A program made the translations under genes and the position numbers. Positions 1-7,803 of a stretch of 26,092 nt of DNA are shown piece after piece. This DNA is from an uncultured Lachnospiraceae bacterium. Lineage in GTDB: Bacteria > Bacillota > Clostridia > Lachnospirales > Lachnospiraceae. The notes below the pieces were generated by a model. It made no database searches. It was not told where the DNA came from and saw only the letters and a list, made by a program, of their open reading frames with translations. The first letter of the stretch is position 1, and the number at the start of each line of letters is the position of its first letter. The stretch spans positions 1 to 26,092 of the forward strand of contig CAYLPO010000001.1 of the NCBI GenBank assembly GCA_964385575.1. The letters are read 5' to 3'.

Positions 1-2
1 AG

Positions 3-272
3 CTCGACCTGAAGAAGTGCGCGAAGTCCGTGGGCGTGAAGAACGTGCAGATGCTTCCGATGAAGGAACTCTTCGAACTGACCGGCTACGTGCGCGGCGG
101 GTGCACCGCGATCGGCATGAAGAAGCAGTTTCCGACGCGCATCGACGAGACCGCGCAGCTGTTTGAGACGATCCATGTCAGCGGCGGGCGCATCGGGAGC
201 GGGATCGAACTCGCGCCCGAAGATTTCCTCGCCGCGGCGGAGGCGGAGTACGCGGACCTGGTAAAGGATTGA
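3..272 (+). CDS. ybaK: Cys-tRNA(Pro) deacylase YbaK/EbsC family, 5' truncated by the window edge
   Basis: Open frame from nt 3 (LDLKKCAKSVG...) with typical YbaK C-terminal motifs TGYVRGGCTAIGMKK and VSGGRIGSGIELAP; TGA at 270-272. Confidence 0.88.
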   Translation, partial: LDLKKCAKSVGVKNVQMLPMKELFELTGYVRGGCTAIGMKKQFPTRIDETAQLFETIHVSGGRIGSGIELAPEDFLAAAEAEYADLVKD

Positions 273-291
273 AGACCGGCGACTTTCCGAT

Positions 292-1791
292 TTAAGAGTT
301 TTGATGGTGTTCGGAAGCCTCCAGCATTTTACAGCAAAAACTGAGATAATACATATTGTTTGTATCGCGAAGATCCAGGCCCAGCTTCTCTTCGATGAAG
401 GCAAGGCGGTTTGTCAGGGTGTTTCTGTGTATATACAGATCGCGAACGGTATTCCCCAGATGCCCCATATTGTTTAAGTATGTGAAAAGGGTCTTATAAT
501 ACGTGGTTCCCTTGCCTTTGTCCAGTTCGATCAACTCATAGAGCGGAGGATAGATCCAGGCAGAATAGTCTAACTGTTTGCGAAATGCTCTGGCAATACA
601 TTCATAGGCACAATCCCTGAAACTGACGAACTTTCCGTTTTTTGCGAGAGCGGAGTCGACTGCAAACTGAGTCTGCTGATAAAAAGAAGACAGGCGTGCT
701 AAACCCCTGAACGGCAGGCTGACGCCGCAGCGCAGTTCGTAATTCTGTAAAAAACGCTTCAGGTATTTTGTGACCGCAGATTGCGTAGAAGCGCTTTTAT
801 TCACAATGATGATGATCTCGGTCTCCAGTTTCAGAAACAGAGAGTTCTTTATTTGTACGCGGAGATGATTATAGATCCAGTTAAAAAGGACATCATCCAT
901 GGTGGTGTTTGATCTGCTCATCAAAAAAACGATCAACTCATCATCGTCTGCCCACCCGGTTTGAGAATACAGATTCGAGAACACGGCGTCATCGATCTGA
1001 GCCCCGAGAATCAGATCAACAAGAAACGGGAAGGATGCTTCCGGCCCGTTTTGAGCGTTGTTGGAATAGGCGAGAAGGCCTTCATAGATGCGTCCGAGAT
1101 ACTCTACGAGCTGCAAAAAACCTTTTGGTATGTTCTCCTCCTTGAAAAAAAGGATCAGATGCCCCCAGAGTTTTTTTTCAACTCTGCATGTTCTGCGGAC
1201 GATAAAGTGATAATGCACATCCCAGGCCGGAAGAGAGGGCGTGATATCGATCTCCGTGCTGGTAAGATCATCTACCGGAGAAGCAGCCGTCTGATGTCTG
1301 GCACGGTCTATGGCGGTCATCGGAATCGTGTGTATTCTTTTTATCGTGTCCCATTCCTTAAAGACATCGTCGCTGCTGTATTCCTGGGTAATGGCGTAAA
1401 GCTGCATATCATTGCGGCCGAAATACATAGGCTGATGAATGAGCTCATTTCCGATATTCAGGATATCCTGGAACGGCTCCTCCGAGCAGAATACGGCTCT
1501 TTTCAGTCGGGCGCTCCACGCATTGTATTTTTCAAAGATACGGATAACAGAATTACAGATCTCGGGAAAGGCGCCTTCAACGAAGATCATATCCTGCCTG
1601 TTGATAAGCACCACGCGGTCATCGTTAATATCCAGAGCCGAAGCAGGGCAGATCGATACCGTATCGCTGTCCGGACCCGGATCGGGCTGATGGATCCGAA
1701 TCCCTTTTATTACGCAGCTTCCCACCTCGATATGACTCTCACAGGAGTAGGCGTTCAGTTCCTTTTCCAGCATCCACATACTCAGCAGCAT
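292..1791 (-). CDS. PucR/CdaR-family transcriptional regulator
   Basis: C-terminal HTH LYIHRNTLTNRLAFIEEKLGLDL, preceded by a GGDEF-like region (CGVSLPFRGLARLSSFYQQ). Start moved to ATG 1791 (MLLSMWMLEKEL) because an AGGAG SD lies 7 nt upstream. Confidence 0.88.
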   Translation of the reverse strand: MLLSMWMLEKELNAYSCESHIEVGSCVIKGIRIHQPDPGPDSDTVSICPASALDINDDRVVLINRQDMIFVEGAFPEICNSVIRIFEKYNAWSARLKRAVFCSEEPFQDILNIGNELIHQPMYFGRNDMQLYAITQEYSSDDVFKEWDTIKRIHTIPMTAIDRARHQTAASPVDDLTSTEIDITPSLPAWDVHYHFIVRRTCRVEKKLWGHLILFFKEENIPKGFLQLVEYLGRIYEGLLAYSNNAQNGPEASFPFLVDLILGAQIDDAVFSNLYSQTGWADDDELIVFLMSRSNTTMDDVLFNWIYNHLRVQIKNSLFLKLETEIIIIVNKSASTQSAVTKYLKRFLQNYELRCGVSLPFRGLARLSSFYQQTQFAVDSALAKNGKFVSFRDCAYECIARAFRKQLDYSAWIYPPLYELIELDKGKGTTYYKTLFTYLNNMGHLGNTVRDLYIHRNTLTNRLAFIEEKLGLDLRDTNNMYYLSFCCKMLEASEHHQNS

Positions 1792-1820
1792 GGCAAAACT
1801 CCTGACCAACCACAGAAACG

Positions 1821-2324
1821 CTATTCGTCAAGCTCCGTCAAAGGGTAGACCCGCAGAAGCCGGATCAATTTCTCGGAAATGGGGTTGTGCGACTCTTTCA
1901 GATAGCGTTTCACATGGTTGTTATAAATGATTCGATAGGAAGAAAACTCATCCCATACAGAGACGAGATTCTCTTTCTCCGCCGACTTCGCGGGATCTTC
2001 CTGCAGATCAAACGTATAGTAAACGACCTTTTGATGAATGGCATTCAAAAGCGGCGCGTTTCGCGGGGTGGTTTTTTTGATGCCCTGAAACTCGGTAATC
2101 ATAGAAGAAAACTCCTCATCACCAGCCGCACTTCCGTTTTGATTTAAAAGGACGTCCTTGACGAGTTCGATCCAGTTGTTGACAGCCGGTCTCATGCGGT
2201 TCCAGGTTATTTCCGCCATCGAATGGGGTTTGTCCATTCTGTAGAAGATATAGCCTACCATAATAAGATAGAGGATCACGACGATCGCGATGCAGCAAAG
2301 TATTTTTATGACGATTACGGGCAT
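1821..2324 (-). CDS. Membrane-anchored hypothetical protein, distant LemA-like
   Basis: SD AAAGGAG 5 nt before ATG 2324; single N-terminal TM helix. AEITW and RIIYNNHVKRY...P segments resemble LemA conserved segments by eye. Ends 29 nt before the PucR start. Confidence 0.55.
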   Translation of the reverse strand: MPVIVIKILCCIAIVVILYLIMVGYIFYRMDKPHSMAEITWNRMRPAVNNWIELVKDVLLNQNGSAAGDEEFSSMITEFQGIKKTTPRNAPLLNAIHQKVVYYTFDLQEDPAKSAEKENLVSVWDEFSSYRIIYNNHVKRYLKESHNPISEKLIRLLRVYPLTELDE

Positions 2325-2404
2325 ACGGACTCCTTTGCGTTTCCTGCAGGCACGCAAAACAAGTAAATAACCGGAACGTTTGAAGCCGGCTCAACGCTAT
2401 CTAC

Positions 2405-2433
2405 CTTATATCATTTTGCTTTCGGTTTGACAA
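2405..2433 (-). promoter_or_regulatory. Sigma70/A promoter for the lemA-like/pucR unit
   Basis: Minus strand TTGTCA-N17-TATAAG with TG extended -10 (TGaTATAAG). Confidence 0.6.
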
Positions 2434-2465
2434 TCATAATAATCAGCGCAGAAAAAGAATAATAA

Positions 2466-2569
2466 TTGTAGAAAGACAACAATTCGGCTTCGGGGGGTTG
2501 TGCAAAAAATGCAGATGCGGCGCAAAAAAGGGGCAATGCATGTGCAGCCTTTATATTGTTTTCCGACAA
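2466..2569. promoter_or_regulatory. Two TTGT-N6-ACAA palindromic boxes (2466-2479, 2556-2569), candidate PucR-family operators
   Basis: TTGTagaaagACAA and TTGTtttccgACAA in the divergent intergenic region; related partial copies at 2498 and 2586. Confidence 0.45.
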
Positions 2570-2678
2570 AAAACAAAGACAATTAATGTAGAAGGAGTTT
2601 CTGAAGACGTGATCAGGAACCGTATCATCTGAAAAACAGTTGTTTTGGTGTCTTAATAAACCTAGAAAGGAGATCTGT

Positions 2679-3239
2679 ATGTACGAAAAACTTGTATTCC
2701 CGTTACCGCAGGAGATTAATGAGATCGTAGAAGAAGGCGGCGATGAGGATTATATCGTTAATCCTCAGGCGTACTTCAGAGGCGCTTCGGAGATCCCCGG
2801 ATCGAAATTCAATGTGGGATTTCAGGTTTTTAAGAAGCCGTTCTTCCTGGACAGAAACCCGCATTTCCATGATGCCGATGAGTATCTGATCTTTATGGGC
2901 GGAACCTTCCCGAACCTGTTTGACTGGGACGCCGAGATCGAGCTGACCATCGGTGAGATCGGAGTGAATGAAGAGCGCTTTAAGATCACGCAGCCCACGA
3001 TCATTCGGATCCCCGCAGGGACCTGGCACTGCCCGCTGAATTTCAGGGTCATTAATAAGCCTGTTTTCTTCCAGGCCGCACTGGGTGAAGAGGTGTTCGG
3101 CGCGAACTTCATAACGCCGACCGGCGAAGTGAAGAAGATGCGCTATAACGGCCCGGGCCAGTGCAAATATGATCCGAACAAGAAGTGCGATACGTGCGGA
3201 AAGTGCTTCACCGAAGACTGGCGCGTCGAAGCGAAATAG
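2679..3239 (+). CDS. Cupin-fold protein with intact metal ligands and a C-terminal Cys cluster (paralogue 1)
   Basis: SD GAAAGGAG before ATG 2679; cupin motif 1 HFHDADEYLIFMGG, motif 2 IPAGTWHCPLN; tail CKYDPNKKCDTCGKC. Confidence 0.75.
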   Translation: MYEKLVFPLPQEINEIVEEGGDEDYIVNPQAYFRGASEIPGSKFNVGFQVFKKPFFLDRNPHFHDADEYLIFMGGTFPNLFDWDAEIELTIGEIGVNEERFKITQPTIIRIPAGTWHCPLNFRVINKPVFFQAALGEEVFGANFITPTGEVKKMRYNGPGQCKYDPNKKCDTCGKCFTEDWRVEAK

Positions 3240-3326
3240 GGACAGGATTTGCGGATCGTTAAGGGATGTTCGGGAGATGAGTTCGTCTCCTGATCGGGTG
3301 ATTGTTAGCAAAAAGGAGAGATCACT

Positions 3327-3809
3327 ATGTTCGAAAATCTTGTTTTCCCGTTTCCGGAGGTAAATGATGAAAAATCCGATTTTACCATTAACCCCCATCC
3401 GTATTTCAGAGGGGCTCCGGATGTAGAAGGTTCGAAGTTTACCGCTATTTACGAGACGATTACCAAGCCGGTGTTTGCGGAAAGGAGCCCCCGTTTTCAT
3501 AACGGAGACCTGTACCTGATCTTCCTAGCCGGCAATTTCCCGCATGTATTTGACTGGGACGCGGAGATCGATCTGTCGATCGGCCTCTACGGAGAGGATG
3601 AGGAGAGGTATACCATTACGCAGCCTACCATCATCCGCATTCCCGCCGGCGTGTGGTATTGCCCGATGAACTTCCGGGTCGTGAATAAACCGGTCATGGT
3701 CGAGGCATTCCTGATGGATGAAGAATTTGTCGGATACTTTAACTCCCCGACCGCTCAGAAACTGAAAATGCGCTACATTGAGCCCGGCAGATGGGAGATG
3801 CTGAACTGA
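3327..3809 (+). CDS. Cupin-fold protein with degenerate metal site (paralogue 2)
   Basis: SD AAGGAG; clearly homologous to 2679-3239 (FDWDAEIDL, ITQPTIIRIPAG, NFRVVNKP), but the motifs read RFHNGDL and WYCP. Confidence 0.75.
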   Translation: MFENLVFPFPEVNDEKSDFTINPHPYFRGAPDVEGSKFTAIYETITKPVFAERSPRFHNGDLYLIFLAGNFPHVFDWDAEIDLSIGLYGEDEERYTITQPTIIRIPAGVWYCPMNFRVVNKPVMVEAFLMDEEFVGYFNSPTAQKLKMRYIEPGRWEMLN

Positions 3810-3880
3810 TTATCCGCTGCCGCCGAATGTCGGCAGGTGTCAAATAAGCGCTGTGATTCATTTAAGAAAGAGTTAACGGT

Positions 3881-4363
3881 ATGTACGAGAATCTGGTATT
3901 TAATTTTCCCCAGGTGGTTGATGAGAAAACAGATTTCACGATCAGCCCTCATCCTCTTTTCAGAGGAGCGGCGGATGTTGAAGGATCAGAGTTCACAGCC
4001 ATCTATGAAACGATTACGAAACCTGTATTTTTGGAACGGTCGGCCCGCTTCCATGACGGAGATCTGTACCTGATCTTCCTGGCCGGTAATTTTCCGCATG
4101 TGTTTGACTGGGATGCAGAGATCGATCTGACGATCGGCAACTATGGCGTTGACGAAGAAAAATTCACGATCACACAGCCGACCATTATTCGCATCCCTGC
4201 TGGCGTGTGGTATTGCCCGCTGAATTTCAGAGTGGTCAATAAACCGGTCATGGTCGAGGCGTTTCTGATGCAGCCGGAGTTTACCGCGAATTACTATTCT
4301 CTGTCGAGAATGCATAAGATGCGCTATATCGAGCCGGGCAAGTGGGAAGAGATCACCGAGTGA
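3881..4363 (+). CDS. Cupin-fold protein with degenerate metal site (paralogue 3)
   Basis: 112 of the first 130 residues identical to paralogue 2 by manual alignment; motifs RFHDGDL and WYCP. Confidence 0.75.
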   Translation: MYENLVFNFPQVVDEKTDFTISPHPLFRGAADVEGSEFTAIYETITKPVFLERSARFHDGDLYLIFLAGNFPHVFDWDAEIDLTIGNYGVDEEKFTITQPTIIRIPAGVWYCPLNFRVVNKPVMVEAFLMQPEFTANYYSLSRMHKMRYIEPGKWEEITE

Positions 4364-4385
4364 ACGAGTTATAAGGAGAACAGTT

Positions 4386-4766
4386 ATGCCCTATATTAAA
4401 CTTACCACTACGAAAAAACTGACTTTTGAACAAAAGCAGGCACTGTCGGAAGGGCTGACCGAAGCGGTCAAAGTCATCCCGAACAAAGTGGTCATCTTCT
4501 TGTTTGTCGAAGACGGGAAGACTGTTTTCGTTGCGAACAAGGAACAGGAAGACATTGTTTTCCTGGAGTTCGACCTGACAGGACATTTCGATATCGAAAC
4601 AAAACGTGCGTTTTCGGCGGCGGCATGTCCGGTCATAACCCGGATCATCGGAACGCCTCCGGAAGGCATCTCCATGAGGATAACCGAACACAGCTGCTGG
4701 GGCAACTTCGGTGATTTTGTGGAATGTCAGGATAATGGACTGCCTGTAGGCGTGGATAGTTTATAA
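4386..4766 (+). CDS. Tautomerase/MIF superfamily protein
   Basis: SD AAGGAG; Met-Pro N-terminus (MPYIKLTT), beta-alpha-beta twice pattern (EQKQALSEGLTEAV...; ETKRAFSAAACPVITRIIGTPPEGISMRI), 126 aa. Confidence 0.7.
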   Translation: MPYIKLTTTKKLTFEQKQALSEGLTEAVKVIPNKVVIFLFVEDGKTVFVANKEQEDIVFLEFDLTGHFDIETKRAFSAAACPVITRIIGTPPEGISMRITEHSCWGNFGDFVECQDNGLPVGVDSL

Positions 4767-4775
4767 TTGTTTTCG

Positions 4776-4806
4776 GAAGCCTCTAAAACTGTGTTTTAGG
4801 GGCTTC
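4776..4806 (+). other. Intergenic 14-bp stem-loop without U tract
   Basis: GAAGCCTCTAAAAC-tgt-GTTTTAGGGGCTTC with one G-U pair; lies between the tautomerase and the ABC permease. Confidence 0.55.
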
Positions 4807-4868
4807 TGCGGTATTATGTATAACCCGGCTGATAAGAAATTTGTTATTAAGATTGAGTAGGTGTCGCA

Positions 4869-5867
4869 ATGCTGAAATTTATTGGAAAACGTTTGCTCAT
4901 GATGATACCGACATTGATTGGGATAACCATTATCATTCAGCTGCTGATCTATATAGTTCCCGGCGATCCGGTCGTAATTATGCTGGGATCAAGAGCGACT
5001 CCCGAATTGGTCGAAGAAACCAGGGAAGAATTGGGGTTGAATGACCCGGTCTATGTCCAGTATTTTCGATATATAGGCCGTGTGTTGCACGGAGATTTTG
5101 GATCATCATTGATCACAAAGCGTCCCGTGACAAATGAGATCGTACAGAGATTTCCTTACACACTGTTTCTGGTGTCCCTTGTCATGGCCCTAGCCGTAGT
5201 GCTAGGGGTACCACTAGGCGTTTTTGCGGCCATTCATCATAATACATGGAAAGATAATGTCGCCATGTTTTTCGCCTTGTTCTGTGTGGCGATGCCAAGC
5301 TTTTGGTTTGCGTTGCTATTGGTACAGTTTTTTGGCGTACATCTGCGAGTGCTTCCTTTGGACGGAGTCAGCAGTTGGAAAAGCTGGGTGATGCCGGTCG
5401 TTTCCTTGGCGTTATGTAATGTCGCTCTTATCGCGCGGCAAACCCGCTCGAATGTTTTGGAGACGATTCGTCAGGATTATATCACGACAGCGAGAGCGAA
5501 AGGCTGCACAGAAAGAAAGGTGATCTATTACCATTGCCTGAAGAATGCGCTGATCCCTGTTATTACGGTTGTCGGCGGAGTTTTCGGTGTCCTTCTGGGC
5601 GGTGTTCTGGTTACGGAAGTGATTTTCTCTATTCCCGGAATGGGGCAATACACATTAACGGCTTTGATGAGCAGAGATTATCCGGTTATACAGAGCAGCG
5701 TTCTGATTCTTTCTACCGTTTTTTCGATCGTGATCCTGGTTGTCGACATCGTGTATGCGTTGATTGATCCCAGAATTCGGTCGCAGTTTACCGGCGGAAA
5801 AATTAAAAGGAAGAAACAAGCCGCTCTATCCGCTTCCGCACAGGAAAGTACGGAAGCGACGAAGTAA
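4869..5867 (+). CDS. Peptide/nickel-type ABC transporter permease (DppB/OppB family)
   Basis: PGDPV...LGLNDP.YVQY motif, multiple TM helices, EAA loop QDYITTARAKG, RDYPVIQ, YALIDPRIR. Confidence 0.93.
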   Translation: MLKFIGKRLLMMIPTLIGITIIIQLLIYIVPGDPVVIMLGSRATPELVEETREELGLNDPVYVQYFRYIGRVLHGDFGSSLITKRPVTNEIVQRFPYTLFLVSLVMALAVVLGVPLGVFAAIHHNTWKDNVAMFFALFCVAMPSFWFALLLVQFFGVHLRVLPLDGVSSWKSWVMPVVSLALCNVALIARQTRSNVLETIRQDYITTARAKGCTERKVIYYHCLKNALIPVITVVGGVFGVLLGGVLVTEVIFSIPGMGQYTLTALMSRDYPVIQSSVLILSTVFSIVILVVDIVYALIDPRIRSQFTGGKIKRKKQAALSASAQESTEATK

Positions 5868-5943
5868 AGAAAGGGTTTGTCCTTTCAAGGTTTGATCAGG
5901 CATGTTGCAAGATGAAGAGTGTGCGAAGAAAGGGGATATTAGA

Positions 5944-6816
5944 GTGAACAACAAAGGAAATAAACCTCAAAAGCGCAGGTCTAGGCTCTTCGAAATCTGG
6001 CGGCGCTTGAAGAAAAATAAACTGGCTGTTGCTGGATTGATCTTTCTCATCATCGTGGTCGTGGTGGCGATTCTGGCACCGGTTATTGCCCCCTATTCAC
6101 CGCTTGAGCAGAATCCGTCCAACGCTTTTGCCCCGACATCGCTGGCCCATTTGTTGGGCACGGATAAATTGGGGCGCGATATCTTAAGCAGGTTGATTTT
6201 TGGAGCGCGTCAGTCCTTGCTGCTGGGCGTAGTTTCCATAGCGATTGCAGCAGCGATCGGCATTATTATAGGTGTGATCGCAGGCTTTTACGGAGGATGG
6301 CTCGATATTGTACTGATGAGAGTATTAGATATTTATCAGTCGATACCGATGTTCCTGCTGTGCGTTACCTTAGCGGCAATACTTGGCGCCAGTTTGACTA
6401 ATGCAATCATAGCGATAGGAATCAGTAATGTTCCGGTCTATGCAAGAATCACTCGAGCTACAGTTTTGACTGTACGTCAGAGTGAGTATGTCGAAGCGGC
6501 GCGGGCGATCGATGCCAGCACGAGGCGAACGATCTTTGTACATATTCTGCCGAACTGTTTGGCGCCAATCATCGTGGAAGTGACCATGGGAATTGCTTCT
6601 GCAGTTCTTGCCGGCGCATCGTTGAGCTTCATTGGCCTCGGCGTTCAGCCGCCTACACCGGAGTGGGGAGCCATGGTTTCCGAAGGCCGGAATTTCATGC
6701 GTCAACACCCCACCATAGCGCTTTATCCCGGACTTTGTATTATGGCCACGGTGCTTTCCTTCAATCTTCTGGGAGATGGACTTCGGGATGCTCTGGACCC
6801 GCGTCTTAAGAATTGA
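5944..6816 (+). CDS. Peptide/nickel-type ABC transporter permease (DppC/OppC family)
   Basis: WRRLKKNKLAVAG, HLLGTDKLGRDILSRL, EYVEAARAID, HILPN, LSFIGLG, GDGLRDALDPR. The GTG start at 5944 (GGGG SD-like sequence upstream) is preferred over ATG 5902. Confidence 0.92.
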   Translation: MNNKGNKPQKRRSRLFEIWRRLKKNKLAVAGLIFLIIVVVVAILAPVIAPYSPLEQNPSNAFAPTSLAHLLGTDKLGRDILSRLIFGARQSLLLGVVSIAIAAAIGIIIGVIAGFYGGWLDIVLMRVLDIYQSIPMFLLCVTLAAILGASLTNAIIAIGISNVPVYARITRATVLTVRQSEYVEAARAIDASTRRTIFVHILPNCLAPIIVEVTMGIASAVLAGASLSFIGLGVQPPTPEWGAMVSEGRNFMRQHPTIALYPGLCIMATVLSFNLLGDGLRDALDPRLKN

Positions 6817-6830
6817 TAGGGAGAAAACGG

Positions 6831-7802
6831 ATGAGTGATAAGCTGCTTGAGATCAATAACCTGGTGGTTGAATATCATACGGATGACAACATTATCCATG
6901 CGGTCAATAATATCAGTCTTTCGCTGAACAAAGGAGAAACTCTGGGTTTAGTGGGTGAGACAGGCGCAGGAAAAACCACGATTGCGAAAAGCATTCTGCG
7001 TATCCTTCCTGCAATCCAAGGGAAAATCCCTTCTGGAGAGATCCTGTTCGAAGGAGAGAATATCCTTAAACTGAGTGAGAGGCAGATGCGTAAGATCCGT
7101 GGTAATAAGATTGCCATGATATTTCAAGATCCTATGACGGCCTTAAACCCGATCGAAACAGTGGGATATCAGATCGCTGAAGCCGTTAAGATTCATGAAG
7201 GTCTGTCGCGGAAAGACGCGGAAAAGCGCGCCTGTGACATGCTGGAACTGGTCGGAATCCCCATGGACAGATACAACGAGTATCCCCATGAATTCTCCGG
7301 AGGTATGAAACAGCGCGTAGTCATTGCCATGGCCCTTGCATGTAACCCCGCATTGTTGCTGGCAGACGAGCCGACTACGGCACTGGATGTCACTATCCAG
7401 GCACAGGTCCTGGATATGATGCGTGAACTGAAAAATAAGCTGGACACAGCAGTTATCATGATTACACATGATTTAGGGATCGTGGCGAACTTCTGCTCTT
7501 CGGCTGCTGTAGTTTATGCCGGAGAGATCATCGAACAGGGTGTGGTCGAGGAAATCTTTGACCATCCCACACACCCATATACGTTGGGATTGTTCGGCTC
7601 TCTTCCGCGGCTGGATTCGACAGAGAAACGATTAAAGCCGATCAGCGGTTTGATGCCGGATCCGGCCGTTGTTCAGAATGGATGTCCCTTTGCGGAGAGA
7701 TGTCCGCGGGTAAAAGAGATCTGCAAGCAGAAAAAACCGCCGCGAACAGATTTGACACCCGATCACTTTGTTAATTGTTGGTTAGTTACAGGAGAAGAGT
7801 GA
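6831..7802 (+). CDS. Peptide ABC transporter ATP-binding protein (DppD/OppD family)
   Basis: Walker A GETGAGKTT, signature FSGGMKQRV, Walker B LLLADEPTTALD, C-terminal CPFAERC extension; SD GGGAG before ATG 6831. Confidence 0.94.
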   Translation: MSDKLLEINNLVVEYHTDDNIIHAVNNISLSLNKGETLGLVGETGAGKTTIAKSILRILPAIQGKIPSGEILFEGENILKLSERQMRKIRGNKIAMIFQDPMTALNPIETVGYQIAEAVKIHEGLSRKDAEKRACDMLELVGIPMDRYNEYPHEFSGGMKQRVVIAMALACNPALLLADEPTTALDVTIQAQVLDMMRELKNKLDTAVIMITHDLGIVANFCSSAAVVYAGEIIEQGVVEEIFDHPTHPYTLGLFGSLPRLDSTEKRLKPISGLMPDPAVVQNGCPFAERCPRVKEICKQKKPPRTDLTPDHFVNCWLVTGEE

Positions 7803-7803
7803 G

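Noticed and set aside
273-291. Possible att-like repeat (TGAAGACCGGCGA) versus TGAAACCGGCCGA near 11640
   Set aside because: Too short and gapped to distinguish from chance.
961-1848. 295-aa + strand ORF
   Set aside because: Antisense shadow of the well-supported PucR gene; no SD or recognisable motif.
3237-3329. Possible TAG readthrough fusing cupin 1 to cupin 2 (the two are in frame, 87 nt apart)
   Set aside because: An in-frame TGA at 3291-3293 interrupts the spacer, and cupin 2 has its own SD.
2703-3500. 265-aa minus-strand ORF over cupins 1 and 2
   Set aside because: Antisense to genes with good SDs and clear paralogy; no family features.
3807-3836. TGA followed by a hairpin, resembling a selenocysteine SECIS arrangement
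   Set aside because: Readthrough enters the unrelated 3837-4073 frame, out of frame with cupin 3, and the TGA is at the homologous C-terminal end rather than at a catalytic position.
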